Under the pieces are notes generated by a model, which was given only the letters and a program-made list of their open reading frames with translations, was not told where the DNA came from and searched no databases. This document shows, one piece after another, positions 34,167 to 46,879 of a stretch of 64,000 nucleotides of DNA (position 1 is its first letter; each line of letters begins with the position of its first letter). The position numbers and the translations under genes were made by a program. The DNA is from Curvularia clavata (taxonomy: Eukaryota). The DNA lies in NCBI GenBank assembly GCA_023920165.1, contig CP089278.1, positions 1,612,001-1,676,000 of the forward strand, read 5' to 3'.

Positions 34167-35562
34167 ATGGCACCTTCTGCTGTCACGACTACCGAAGAAT
34201 ACCAATTTCCGTTGAAAGACAGTCCGTCCTTCAGCACCTATTCGTCTGGTAGTGTCGACAATCATGGCGCCTGGAAATCCAAGCAGCTGATTGGGGAGGC
34301 TCTCAAGAGCCGTGTCGAGGCTGTTGATTCTGATACCTGCAGTGTTGGCGACGAAGATGCCTTTTTCGTCGCTGACCTGGGCGAGGTCTACCGCCAGCAT
34401 ATGCGCTGGAAGAAGAACCTGAGCCGTGTTAAGCCACACTATGGTAAGCCGAACAACTAGAGACTATTGGCCATACTGGACTGCTGCTGACATATGCATA
34501 GCGGTCAAGTGTAACCCTGACCCCCAGGTCCTTCGTCTCATGACGGAGCTGGGCCTTGGCTTTGACTGCGCCTCCAAGAACGAGATTGAGACTGTCCTCA
34601 AGCTAGGCGTTGATCCCTCTCGCATCATCTATGCGCAGCCCTGCAAGACCAAGTCTTATGTGCGCTATGCTGCCCAGTCCGGCGTCAAGCAGATGACCTT
34701 TGACAATGCCGATGAGCTCTACAAGACCAAGCAGCTCTTCCCAGACGCTGAGCTATACTTGCGCATCTTGACCGATGACTCGGCTAGCCTGTGCCGTCTC
34801 AGCCAGAAGTTTGGCGCTTCTCTGGACACTACTGCTGAGCTCCTGGAGCTGGCAAAGAAGCTGGAGCTCAACGTTGTCGGCGTGGCCTTCCATGTCGGGT
34901 CCGGCGCATCCGACCCCAAGGCATTTATCAAGGCCGTCCAGGATGCCCGCTTCGTTTTTGACCAGGCTGGTGCCCTCGGATTCAACATGCACACACTTGA
35001 CGTTGGCGGCGGATTTACAGGCGATGTCACTTTCGAACCTATGGCTGCCGTCTTGTCAGCCGCTTTGGACGAGTACTTCCCGCCCCACATCCGCGTCATT
35101 GGAGAGCCAGGCCGCTACTACGTCTCCACCGCCTTCACCATTGCGTGCCACGTCATTGCTCGCCGCGCAGTCACTGACGCCACCCTCGGCACCACCTCTT
35201 ACATGTTGTACCTGAACGATGGTGTCTATGGAAACTTTTCGAGCATCATCTTCGACCACCAGCACCCTGTGCCACGTGTCTTGAAGAATGGCAGCAGCGT
35301 CATGTATGATGTTCGTCGCTCAGGCTATGATAGCCCTTCTCAGGTCGAGTACTCTATTTGGGGACCGACTTGCGATGGCATCGATGTCATCTCCTCTTCC
35401 TGCACCTTCCCTGAGCTGCTCGATGTTGGCGACTGGCTCTACTTCGAGGAGATGGGCGCATACACCAAGTGCTCTGCTACCCGCTTCAACGGCTTCAGCG
35501 ATAGCCATGAAGTTGTTTACGTCTGCAGCGAGCCCGGTGCTGCTGCCCTCATGGGCATGTAA
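34167..35562 (+). CDS. SPE1: Ornithine decarboxylase
   Basis: Intron 34444-34501 restores PHYAVKCN (PLP lysine); GFDCAS, FHVGSG, DVGGGF, EPGRY, WGPTCDGID, MGAYT, FNGF. Confidence 0.97.
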
Positions 35563-36993
35563 ATGTGAGGAGAAGGATGTTCCAGTTGAGTGTGTAAGAA
35601 GGAAGTGCGCAAATGTGAGAATGTTGTGTCTTTTTAAAAGTTTGATAGATTTCTAGATGTGTTAAGTTTGCTTTTGTCGTTAATGTAAGCTCTGTTCTCA
35701 GTGATTTTGTAGTGTCGCCGGTGCTGATACATGCTATGAAACATGTGTAGGCCGGGGTCGAATACCGTGTCGTCAAGATTCAATACGGTACACAAGTCAT
35801 GCGTAGACCCAGGACCGGGCAAGTTCCTTCTCGCTGTGTCGCCCAAGTTCCACTAGAAACCAAGACGACGAGGACGCTAGTGGGCTACACTAGTGCCCAA
35901 GTCTGTTTGCTATTGCGCCCCCACCACCCACCTACCCCATGTTTGTGCCGAGTAGCAAACCACAGTCTAAAACACTTCACTTGCACCTTTTACCACCTCA
36001 CTTTCACTTTTCACAAATGGACCCACGGTACTGCTCGGTATCGCGAAAAGGGCGTCTGTACACTTTTTTTTTTTACCTTTTCGACAAATAGACGCATACA
36101 CGCAATCTAAGCAACTTGATTGCACTGTATTGTCTCCTATTTGTCCTCTCTTTTTGTATTGCCTTGCCTCATCTAGTTTCTCGCAGGTCTACATCCCTCA
36201 AAAGCGACGTAAGTACAACCTCTTTTCTCCTCATGTTTCCCACGGGAAACCACCAGCAATGATGATACAACAGATACTGCGTAGTAGATAGCCTCCCTCG
36301 CTCTGTCCTTCGTTCTACCTAATAGATACGGGGATGAGGGTGGGGTGGTTATTGGTGTGCGATAAAAACATTGTCTGAGCTGGTTGACATGTTGTCTCAT
36401 CCTGTGTATCATGTTTGGCAGGCTTGCTGACCTTTTGTGACACAGATGTCAAGGTTTTCCTAGCCAGGGATACGCCAACTGAACAGTTGCATGCAAGCTA
36501 AGTTTCCATACGCTAAATGCGAGATTCTGTTGATATGGTAGGCTAGGGAAAAGAAAAAAGTTTTCAATAAATGGTTGACAGTAGTGCACTACCACTACTT
36601 GAAGAGAACTGTAGATCCGTGATACTAGCACCTTACTCGCCTCTGCGACTTGTGCCTGACGCCTATGCAGCTTTTCTCTAGACTGCTTTATCTGCTGTAG
36701 GTGAGAGTAGCTGCAGGATCGGCAGGCTAGTGGCTTTTGCTACACATAGGTAGTTTGTGATTTTGGATATCCGTTTCTTGATAGGCAGGCGCACAACAGT
36801 TGTCCTATTTCTGGGCCAAGGTCCTTACTCGAGATTACGATAGAAGTCGAATAGATCTATCATATTGCACTTGTAACCAGAGTCATATACACTGGCTATC
36901 AGTCTTCAAGAATCGTGCATGTCTTCAGATAGTATAACATTCATAGTACAAGCAAATGATCTTAATCTGCTCTACACCTCGCATCCACTACCC

Positions 36994-37722
36994 CTACCGC
37001 GCCTTCTCCTTGTTCTCAGCCGCCCTCCTCTTCGCCCTCACTTCCGCCTTTCTCCTCTCACCGCCATCCACCTTGTGACCCCTCCTCTCTTCCCAGATAC
37101 CCTCCTGCAGCCTTATTCTAGCACGAAGCCCCCCACTTCCCTTGACAGGCTCGACATAGCTGCCCTTAATCGTGTTTGCGCCTTTTACAACAACACCCTG
37201 GACCTTCGACAACGTCTCAACTGGCTCTGGGGGATCCTCCGCACCAACCGGTACATTCACAACCAACTTTCTCGTTCCAGGATCATGTGTTGCCGTCGCA
37301 GCAGCAGAGCGAGGACTAATCGTGTTGCCGAGTTGTGGGTTTGGCAGCACAGGTGCTTCAACGACTTTCAGTTCTGCGACCCCATCTGTGACGTGCTTGC
37401 AGTCTCCGCCAATGCCGTACTCGCCGTTTCGGTACTTCTCCCGCCAGTGCAGCAGGTATCGTCTTGCTCGGGCGGGCTCAACTCCCAGCTCTTTTAGTTG
37501 CGGCGATGTGAGTGTGAAGAGGGCTTCCCATGAGGGGATCTTGGTTGCGTGCGCTGAGAGGCCACGGCCAATTGCGCTCAGGAAGGCCGTGTGATCGGGG
37601 ATAAACGGTATGGGCTTGGGGACCGGGCGCATAGGAATCGAGTGTTGGAGGTTGCGCACGCATGTCTTGGGTATTGATACGGCAGCGGAGGTCGCATTGA
37701 GAAGTGGGCGTCTGAGGATCAT
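36994..37722 (-). CDS. FYV4: Mitochondrial small ribosomal subunit protein mS41 (IGR motif)
   Basis: Presequence MILRRPLL...; IPDHTAFLSAIGRG...SWEALFTLTSPQLKELGVEPARARRYLL; C-terminal KVDGGERR. Confidence 0.85.
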   Translation of the reverse strand: MILRRPLLNATSAAVSIPKTCVRNLQHSIPMRPVPKPIPFIPDHTAFLSAIGRGLSAHATKIPSWEALFTLTSPQLKELGVEPARARRYLLHWREKYRNGEYGIGGDCKHVTDGVAELKVVEAPVLPNPQLGNTISPRSAAATATHDPGTRKLVVNVPVGAEDPPEPVETLSKVQGVVVKGANTIKGSYVEPVKGSGGLRARIRLQEGIWEERRGHKVDGGERRKAEVRAKRRAAENKEKAR

Positions 37723-38057
37723 GATGGCGATTGTTGAGCGAAACCCCTTTCTTAATTTTAGCAATGCTCTGAGAAGTCGAAAAACAAAAGCCGTCTGGGG
37801 ACTATCGTACTGTGCAGATGTGGCTGTCCTTCCCAATCACAGCTTACGTGGGACCTGCGGTCGCCGTGAACTTTTCGGAGGAGCCAAGAAATGGACGCCC
37901 GTGCACCCGTTGCGTCGCAGAGCCCCACGTCACCCAAGGCCCCCTCCAGCCCAAGCTCCACTGTCTTTGAACAACTTCACTCCCTCCATTGCAGTAGTAG
38001 AGAGTCTCCTATTGCACGCTCGCCATCTATACCTCTATACCTTCGACAAGAATCATC

Positions 38058-39209
38058 ATGTCTGGCCCCGAAGTCCACCATCTTTTTCATTCCCCCATTG
38101 CGGATCATTCCTTCTCCGCCGACCGCCAGACGCTCGCCGTTGCCCGCGAGAACAACGTCGACGTCTTCCAGAGGAGTGGGAACGGATACAAGCTCAAGGA
38201 TGAGCTAACGGGCCACGACAAGACGGTCACGGGCGTGGACATTGCACCCAACTCTGGCAAGATTGTGACTTGTTCGCAGGGTGAGTAAAGCTTGGAGCTG
38301 TGTTGGTATCAGGCAGTTAACGACGGGACGAAAACAGACCGCAATGCGTATGTCTGGGAACCTTCGCCACAAGGCTGGAAGCCAACATTAGTGCTCCTCC
38401 GTATCAACCGCGCTGCTACCTGCGTTCGCTGGGCTCCCTCTGAGACCAAGTTCGCCGTCGGATCGGGTGCACGCTTGATCCCCGTGTGCTACTTTGAGGA
38501 GGAAGACAACTGGTGGGTTTCCAAACACATCAAGAAGCCCATCCGTTCGACCGTCACATGTGTCTCGTGGCATCCCAACTCGGTCCTGCTCGCGGCAGGC
38601 TCCACCGACGGACACGCTCGCGTGCTCTCTTCCTTCATCAAGGGGGTTGACGAGCGCCCGGAACCCTCGGCTTGGGGAGAACGTCTTCCCTTCAACACTG
38701 TGTGCGGCGAGTACCTGAACAGTACCGCAGGGTGGATTCATAGCGTCGCCTTCTCTCCCTCCGGTAACGCCCTCGCGTTTGCCGCCCACGACAGCACACT
38801 CACTGTCGTCTACCCGAGCGGCCCTGAACAACCTCCTCGTGCCATTGTCAGCGTGAGCACACAGGTGCTCCCGTTCATGTCTCTCCTTTGGAGCTCAGAA
38901 GACGAAATCATTGCTGCTGGGTACAACTGCGAGGCCTTCCGTCTGAAGGGCAACGAGTCTGGCTGGCAGCTGACTGGCAGTTTGGAGTCCAAGAGCCGAC
39001 CTGGTCTTGCGGATCAGCGGGAAGAGAGCGCACTAAACATGTTCAGGCAGATGGACCTCAAAGGCAAGTCAGGCACGGATGATACCAAGCTTAAGACTGT
39101 GCACCAGAACACCATCAACACGATTCGTAGCTTTGAGGAGAGCGGAAGTGGTGTCAGCAAGATCAGCTCGACTGGTGTGGACGGAAGGGTTGTCATTTGG
39201 TCGTTGTAG
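38058..39209 (+). CDS. ARC40: Arp2/3 complex WD40 subunit ARPC1
   Basis: Intron 38281-38337 restores IVTCSQDRNAYVW; WKPTLVLLRINRAAT, WWVSKHIKKPIRST, TVHQNTI. Confidence 0.96.
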
Positions 39210-39562
39210 ATTTACATTGCCCTCTGTAATACCTCTGAAGTGGTAAATGCAAGCAAGATTTTCGAGGACTATCTCCTCCACAGTTGAGCCAAAGTGAAGT
39301 ATGTATTTAGTTGCCCTGTTTGTACAGACTATACAATGCTGAGAAAGCCAAATCCGACCGAACAAGCAATACTATCGTGAGAGTGATACTCTGGTACTAT
39401 ACAGTCCGTTCTCTCTTCTCTTTCGACCGTGAGCCAAAAGCGCTGGTTGTTGTAAAAGACATGAATCTAAACTAAACTAAAGGAAAAAAAAACGCCGTCT
39501 GCCCTTTCCATTAGGGTAAGCAAACAAAATTTCTGCACATCAGACTGCCATTGATATCTGCA

Positions 39563-42264
39563 TCAACCAAACCCAGTGAAACCTTGAGTGTTGAAAACAT
39601 CGAGCGGCAAAGCTGGACCTGGCGCACCAGCAGCCACACTCTGTGTAGTCTGAGCATCGTTCAGGAACCATGACCAATCCTGGTCGATATCCATGGGCAT
39701 GTTCTGCCACGAGAAATTATTCGTTGGCAGCGTAAAACCACCCATAGCACTGCCATCGTCGCCGTTGATTTGGGGACCGAAACCCGCTACTGAGGCACTG
39801 CCGGCCGTCGAGGCATCGTCGGCATTGAGATTGTTCCAGTTGTAGAAGCCGTCGTAGGAGACGAAGGGGGAAGGACCACCGAAGCCGTAGCCCGAGGAGG
39901 AGCTACCTCCTGTGGCGGTGGATATGGATGTCTTGGGCGTGACATTAACGGATTTTGTGGGCTGGGAGAAGACGTCTGAGGTGGACGACTGGCGTTCAGA
40001 TGTAGGTGTATAGGTTTGGTGTGATGTGCCTGGAGACCTGGAGCTAACGGTGCTGGGTGTGCGGGCTGGAGGTTTTACAAGTTGGCCGCCGCGTTTGACA
40101 GAAATGGTGCCGAAGTAGGGGATTACGAAGTTGGAAGCTCCATGGCAGGCTTCGTCGAGCTCATTGTGCGTGCCTTTGAACTTGCCCATCATTCTTTCCA
40201 AGACCTCTGCCGATTGTGCGGCGACGTTGCCTCCCTTTTCGCTTGAAGCTCGGCGGAAGATCTCAATACTGGTTTCGATTAGGCGGACATCTTCTTCAAC
40301 GTCGTCGGGATTGGAGCTGGAGCCTGAGGAATGACCTTGCATGCCGGAGAGGAGGCCAATCTGAATGAGGACTGCGGCTGTGAATCCGATGAAGTCAATG
40401 GCCTTGCATTCATAGAGCGGTGTTCCACTGCCAGTTCGCAGGGTGTGGTACAGGCGCATAACCTCTCGTGAACCATTCAAGGTTGCGGTGCGGGAGTACG
40501 AGAAACGAGAGTTTGACGCCGACTTGAGCATAAAGGGAAGGTGCAGGTAGACGCGGACCTGATGGAAGACCATCTGGCCCATGATGCGTTCTCGCAACTC
40601 TGCAGCGTTTGAGTTTGCGTCTGCAAGAAGCTCACGATAGTCAATCCAGACTGGGTCGAGTCTTTTCCACAAATCCTCGATCTCTTGGTCGAGCTGTAGA
40701 GCCCACGCAAAAGACTGTTCAGCCATGCCTTGGTTGCGGTCGATGACTCGGCCTGCAACCTGTGAGAGTTTTGTCATGGCAACCATGGGATGAATGTATC
40801 TGTCATCTCCCGTCTCTGGCAAGGTCAGGTCACAGTGTGAGTCGTTGATGCCATATGGAAGGCCAAGCATAAGAGACAAGAACCGATCGCCGTGGTACAG
40901 AGCCCACCATAAGCTTTCGTGGGATACAGAGCTGGTACGTTTGCGGTGAAGGCCCTGCTCTTTGTCAGCTACGAGATGCATATTTCAGGACCAGCGAACC
41001 CACTATGAGCTGGGCATACATTAAGCCCTTCCGGTACGCAATCCAAGCCCGTCGTGGTTGACCTATGTCGGCGTACCACTTGGACTTTAGGACGAGACAC
41101 TCTAGCCCCTCTAGGCTTGCAGCATACTCATCGTCGAAGAGGAACCATCTGTCAACAGTTTCAAAATACCGTTGCACTTGGTCAGTATTCTCCGATTCGC
41201 AGATGCCAACTGACAAGACGACCATAGCAATCGCTCCCACGTTTCCGGTAGTCAAAGCCTGGGCAGCGAATTGAGCCAGCGTCTGATCGGGTCCCGATGT
41301 TCCACTGCACTTGCGGCGCCACATTTCCCACCATCCACTGTTGGAATGGAGTATTTTTGTGAGTTGCTCATACGGCGGCAGCACCGCGATAAGTGCTTGT
41401 TTGGCCTTTTCTCGCTTAGCAGAGTTTGCAGATGAGATTCCACCTGCAATGTCCTCATCGTTCCGGTTCTCTACAGTATACCGCTCATCCTCTGCCTGGT
41501 TGGGCTTTGGTGTCGAGGACTGCTGCAGTGAATTGTTGAGAACTTTTGCTTGGGCTTCGGCGTCGTTGAGCTGTGGAAAGTAAGCACACGAGCGTGTCGA
41601 CAAACCGGAAAGCAGCATACCGCGTCTTCAAAAACGGAAAGAATAGGCACATGGTGGCCTCGCTCGGAAGCAGCTTGTCGATTGCTCGTAGACTTGAAAG
41701 TGTTGGTCGGCGATTCCGAAGAAAGGGGCGTTGGTGGAAAACCGTCTTTTGTGTAGTTGTTGAGGGCTTTTGGCGATGATGTGTCTGCTATGCTTTGACT
41801 TCGGCTTTCTGACTTGACGGTCTTGTCTTCCAGCAATGCGTCAACCAAAGACTCCAAGCGAGAGACCCTTTCACGGAGGTTCTTTCTGTGATCGACAATG
41901 ATATCTGGGTTGGCATGCTCTTGGTCGATGCACCTGTTGCCACGTGCAAAGCATTCAGAGCACACGTCCGGGTTGTCGGGCTGGAAGATGCATCTGATCT
42001 TGCGGCGGCGACCTGGGTTGCCATTAGAGAACTGGAAGGAAACTGGAATGGAACAAAGACACAGACTACGGGGATCAAAAGAAAAGAAAGATACGAGCAG
42101 GGCAATGCACGGGTGGTATTGGTGCAGTAGAGTTGTTAAAACAGTAGTATGATGTAGAGGTAGCTATCTCTTGCAAGTGGCAACAGGGTTGACCTACATT
42201 CAAAGCAACTATGCGTACCCTTACGCATCTTCTTGCGCGTCGGCAGCGTCTCCTCCTTTGGCAT
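39563..42264 (-). CDS. Zn(II)2Cys6 transcription factor with fungal-specific TF domain
   Basis: ATG 42264. Intron 42197-42013 joins RKKMRKGTHSCFEC to RRRKIRCIFQPDNPDVCSECFARGNRC; further introns 41620-41571 and 41003-40955; LWWALYHGDRFLSLMLGLP motif. Confidence 0.9.
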
Positions 42265-43334
42265 GTTGAAAGGGTGTGCTGTGTGTCCCACTCTGGCGGA
42301 TGATGGAGCCTAGTTCCCGTAAGAAATTCGTCCGAACAAAGATGTACTCCAGACACGAGCTGACGAGGTGTTTTGGGATATAATCGTGACGTGTGGCGGA
42401 AAAGCTCTGCAAGGTGGATGGAGTATCACACTATGCAAAGCAGAAAGAGAATCAGTGGTCGCAAAGGAAAAAAAAAGAGGGTTCGTAAGCTGCTGGTTGC
42501 TGCTATTGTCTCACTACTGAGAGGATGGACGGTCGGACGGAGTTTTCGTCCGTCGGGAATGCACGGATTAGGTCAGCATAGAGCGGCTGAATAATGCAGC
42601 GCCGTTTGTTGTTAGAGGGACTGCTTATGAGCAGTCCTCTCCCCACGGCCTTATAGAGGCCGGGATGCGCCAGGCAGCCAGGTTGGATGCGTCGACGGGC
42701 TTTTCGGAGGCTCGGGTGTAGCGGACTTACGGCGATGCCGTTCTCCTTTGGGCGCAAGATGCGACCAGGGTGGCATGCCCCGGGGCGTGTGGATTACGGC
42801 GCATACGCGACGTGATTAGTTACCCCAGGTTGGTCGACGACATCTGCAGTCATTCTCGCTCATATGGCTGGGCCCGGCCAAAGCACAAGGCAAATGGCCG
42901 ACGTGGCCGTATCGGAGCCGGAGACGTCCATTCTTCCGTGTACGTATACGCGTATTCGTTCCCCGCGCAAAGCCCACCCTACCCCGGTGCAATGATGTGC
43001 TCGCCGTCCCAGCGTGACGATCCGTGTCTTATCAGATCAAACAAGTCCTTGTGAGCCAGGAGCCGCTACGACATCGCCTTTAGACGTCATGGCGCAACGG
43101 GCGGGTCAGCACAGAACCTAGTCGTAGTAGCCCTACACAGGCGCGTTGCGTCACAGTGATGATCCACCATGCCCATCACTGCCCATCTGCTCCCTGTTCC
43201 AAGACCTTAGCCAGGGCATCTACTGGTCTGCTGCATACATGCGCAGCGTGCCAAAGTAACGAATCGCTGCTGTCTTCTCTTTGGTTTCCAAATCCGGGAG
43301 AAAGCCAGCCTGGGTAAACTTACTAGCATTCGAC

Positions 43335-44052
43335 ATGGCTACCACAAAAGCCCATCCAGCAACACAGCACTTCCCACCGAGTCCTCCGCCCTCTCCATCC
43401 CCTCCATCCTCAGCAAGACGACGGCACAGAAAGAAACCAGACCCATTCGAGCAACTCGCTGCCACACCGCTGCAATCCGCACCATCCTCTCCAGCCGCCT
43501 CGACAGACTCCAACAATACAGTCCAAGAAGAGCCCCTTCTAACACGGGTATGTAAACTCAACCATGTCTCCCTATCCAAAACTCCCAGGCATATCACTAA
43601 CATCTCACTTCAAGATCCTCCTCACCCCCCTCCTCTTCACGTCCTTCCTGCTCTCCCTCTTCCTGGTAAACTACCGCAACCGCGTCCGGCGCACCCAAAC
43701 AAATGCACCCGCTACCTCTTCGCTCCTAACCTACCTCGTCCCCTCGCGCTGGTTCGACCCAGAACCCTACCAAGACCCGCTTGACGCTACCTGGGGCCAT
43801 AGGAACGCTTCTGCCCCCCATGCAGAGCCGCATGATGCCATTTCGCCACGACCTGGGGAGCACGAGAAGAGGGGGTCCTGGCATTTGCATAAGAAGATAC
43901 GCAAGGTGGCCAAGCTCGAGGTGGGTGATGCGCTCGAGATGCGAGGAAGAGTTATGGTGGGAATGATGGCGGCATTGGTGATGGTTGCTGTGGCGGCTTG
44001 TCTGGGATTGACGTGGTGTTTTGGCGTTGTGGCGCAGGCGCTGCGGGCATGA
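43335..44052 (+). CDS. Hypothetical small membrane protein (2 TM segments)
   Basis: ATG 43335; intron 43548-43614 fuses two track ORFs (..PLLTR|ILLTPLLFTSFLLSLFLV..); WHLHKKIRKVAKLEVGDALEMR precedes the C-terminal TM. Confidence 0.75.
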
Positions 44053-44569
44053 GGAGGAGAGATTGACATGTCGACCGTCAGGTTGTATCTTCCTTGAGAT
44101 TATACTCGTATGACACCAGCAGATATGGGTAACCTCTTCCGAACAACGACATTACGAATTACGAAGACTGCACACGATCACGATCGCGATCATGGCACCT
44201 ACAAAAATTGGGAGCCTGTATTTCCAAGAGTGCTTGTTCTCAGGATATGTATATACTAAAAAGATAGTTATATATTCTATACTTCCAAATATCGATCAGG
44301 GCCCTTCGTTACACACTAACTTACAACAGCGACAACAGCAGGCAGACCGGTCGTGAACAATCTAGTTGAGGAAGTAAAACGAGGTTATGCATCAATCGTA
44401 AAGGCCGTTCCATCGTGATAAGAAAAAAAAGTGCGTCTATGAGATATCAGAAGAAAGGGTATTTGCAATGGTCATAGAAAAAACGCCCCCAAGAAAGGAA
44501 AAAAAGAAAGAAACACCGAAAAATCGCTCCAGGATACGTCATCAAAACGCCGTCGATGATGCCGCCATA

Positions 44570-46879
44570 TCACGGCTTCAACAGACGTGCAACCAGCCTG
44601 TCGAAAAAATAACTCATATCGTCGTCCTGCCTCGTCTCCTTCGACTTCTTCACAAGATACCCATCATTGTTCGCCTGCTTGATCGCCGTCTGCACTCCCT
44701 GAACAAATCTGTCGGCAGGCGTGCTCGCCGTCTGAGATTGCGACGTTTCGCCCTCCCAGTCCAGGCGGAGTCTAGCATGACAGCCTGAAAAACATGCTTT
44801 GTAGAAGTCCAGAAGCTCGGCGACACCTTGCTCGTTGAAAGCTAGGTCCTCTTCCGCACTCGAGGATGCGCTGTTTGTGCCGTAAAGGTTGTGATAGGGG
44901 AGCTTTGCGGCGTGGTAGTGGACGGACTCAACTGTCATGAGGACAGTGATGAGGACGGCGAGAGCAATGGGCCATTCGTCACAGTCCTTGTTAAGGAGAA
45001 ATTGCTCTAGGGACGAGAGAACGTTTTTCATGAGGCTGTGGGCGAGACCCGGCATCATTGCACCAAATTGGGAGCGGATGAAGCATGGCGTTGGAGTAAG
45101 GTCCTCGGCGATGTTCATTGTGCTGCAGATGAGCTGGGTCAGAACGGGACTTTCTGACCGCGGCGGCAGCGTTATGTCACCGCCAACATGGACGAGGACA
45201 AGAAGCTTGAGCGCTTCGTGTAGTACGTCATGGTGCGCAGTGTTTGGTGGAAGAGAGCGCGAGAAGATGTATACTTCGCGCAGGATTCTCAAAGGAGAAC
45301 AATAGAGAGGAAACGCACGGAAGTGGTGCGTGACCAGCAGGGATAGATGCGAGTCCAATGTCTGCCAGAGATTGGCTTGAGCATCTGGACACAGGACAGC
45401 TGGAAGGACAGCATGCTTGTGCGGTGGTCCCGAGAACGGCTCAGGTGGCCACGAGTAGACAATGTGCTCATGTACCAGTGGATGCTCATCGAGCTGTACG
45501 GCATTGACAGAGACCGGAAACGCCGGACCAAACCCAAAGTTGAGGGGGACTGTGTACTTGGCATCTGTGAGGATCTTAAAGTGGCCTGTTGGAATGAATG
45601 ACTCAAGGCCTCGAGCAGTTGGATGCCACCCTAGACGATCGGAAAGAAACGCTCCCGACAAGTCTCTGAGCGTGTGATCGCGGCAAGGGTGGTTGACCAG
45701 ATCTCCTTTATAGTGCTCTAGACAGGCTTTGCACGGCATGCCCGGATCGCATTTTTCTTTACGCCTCTGGCAATTGGAGCAAGCCCGGACGATCCGCATC
45801 AATGCTGCATGACGTCGTTGCTCTGGAGTGAGAGCCCTCTTGCGCCCTTTGGGCGCTCTTCCAGACATGCCATCGGTGGTCGTGGGTGCTAGCCTGTTGG
45901 TCAGTGGATTGGGCTGATAAGCCACCCACCCATAAGAGTCCGAGGTAGGTGATGGGGTAGAGCTCTTGCGCCGAGATGATGAAGCACTTCTAGATAGAGC
46001 AGCTGCTCGAGGGTGACGTGAGGCCAAGGGCGACCCTGAAGGAATTGAAGGGGCCCTTCGTGTGGGTCCTGAATTGTTCGTCCGGTTGTTGTAGCTCGCA
46101 GGTCTCCGAACGGCGTCCGGAATTGCAATGGCTCTGCTGTGGCTGTGCAGTTCAATGCTCCCTTGTGATGGCATGAGAGACGGAAAGATGGAATTGTAGC
46201 TCTGCGAGAGAGGTTGTGGGATCGGAATCGGAACGGCTTCTGCTCTTCCGCCCTCGTCTTCGGCAATCGGTTCGATGATGCGCGGCTGGTCTGACCAAGC
46301 AGACCAGTTTGAGAAGGCTCTAGATGCTCTCATGTCCAAGCCACTGAACGAATGAGATGAGCCCATGACATGGGGATTGAAGACGGTCTCGGTTATACTT
46401 TCGAGTGAGCTTGTCGGTGATGCAAACGTTTCTGGGATGCGCTCATAGCGTGTATCCAGAATGAGAGACTCTGTGATATTCCCCAGTGGCGATAGAAGTG
46501 CATTGTCTGACGCACCAAAGGATCCATAGTACTGGTTGTCTCGAGGAATGGCGAGTGGTGAAGCAGCCGTTTTGCCGAAAGAAGGCGAGGTACTATATGG
46601 ATATCCAAAAGACTGCTCGTCCAAGGTAGACGGCGAGGCAGAGACTCCAGTGTACTCGAGCGAAGGCGGTACATCGATGACGGAGGGAGCCGTCGAAACT
46701 ACATACGTCGGCTCAGACGTGTAGCTTCCTGAGAGCTGCGAGTTTGCACTGAAGCTTCCACCTCGTGCTTCTGTGTAGTTGGTCTCGCCTTGGAAAAAAG
46801 GATCGTACAGTTCGTCGTCCCAAGAAACAAGGTCTTGCCAGCCTTCATTTGGTGAGCCGCCATACTGTGCATGGGACAT
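44570..46879 (-). CDS. Zn-cluster transcription factor with internal Cys6 motif, 769 aa
   Basis: ALMRIVRACSNCQRRKEKCDPGMPCKAC...HPC mid-protein after a Ser-rich N-terminal region; intronless ORF. Confidence 0.85.
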   Translation of the reverse strand: MSHAQYGGSPNEGWQDLVSWDDELYDPFFQGETNYTEARGGSFSANSQLSGSYTSEPTYVVSTAPSVIDVPPSLEYTGVSASPSTLDEQSFGYPYSTSPSFGKTAASPLAIPRDNQYYGSFGASDNALLSPLGNITESLILDTRYERIPETFASPTSSLESITETVFNPHVMGSSHSFSGLDMRASRAFSNWSAWSDQPRIIEPIAEDEGGRAEAVPIPIPQPLSQSYNSIFPSLMPSQGSIELHSHSRAIAIPDAVRRPASYNNRTNNSGPTRRAPSIPSGSPLASRHPRAAALSRSASSSRRKSSTPSPTSDSYGWVAYQPNPLTNRLAPTTTDGMSGRAPKGRKRALTPEQRRHAALMRIVRACSNCQRRKEKCDPGMPCKACLEHYKGDLVNHPCRDHTLRDLSGAFLSDRLGWHPTARGLESFIPTGHFKILTDAKYTVPLNFGFGPAFPVSVNAVQLDEHPLVHEHIVYSWPPEPFSGPPHKHAVLPAVLCPDAQANLWQTLDSHLSLLVTHHFRAFPLYCSPLRILREVYIFSRSLPPNTAHHDVLHEALKLLVLVHVGGDITLPPRSESPVLTQLICSTMNIAEDLTPTPCFIRSQFGAMMPGLAHSLMKNVLSSLEQFLLNKDCDEWPIALAVLITVLMTVESVHYHAAKLPYHNLYGTNSASSSAEEDLAFNEQGVAELLDFYKACFSGCHARLRLDWEGETSQSQTASTPADRFVQGVQTAIKQANNDGYLVKKSKETRQDDDMSYFFDRLVARLLKP

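Noticed and set aside
37723..37836. Non-AUG N-terminal extension of FYV4 (similarly MNS1 58865-58945)
   Set aside because: Produced by the track allowing TTG starts. The ATG-started proteins already have plausible N-termini and there is no independent support.
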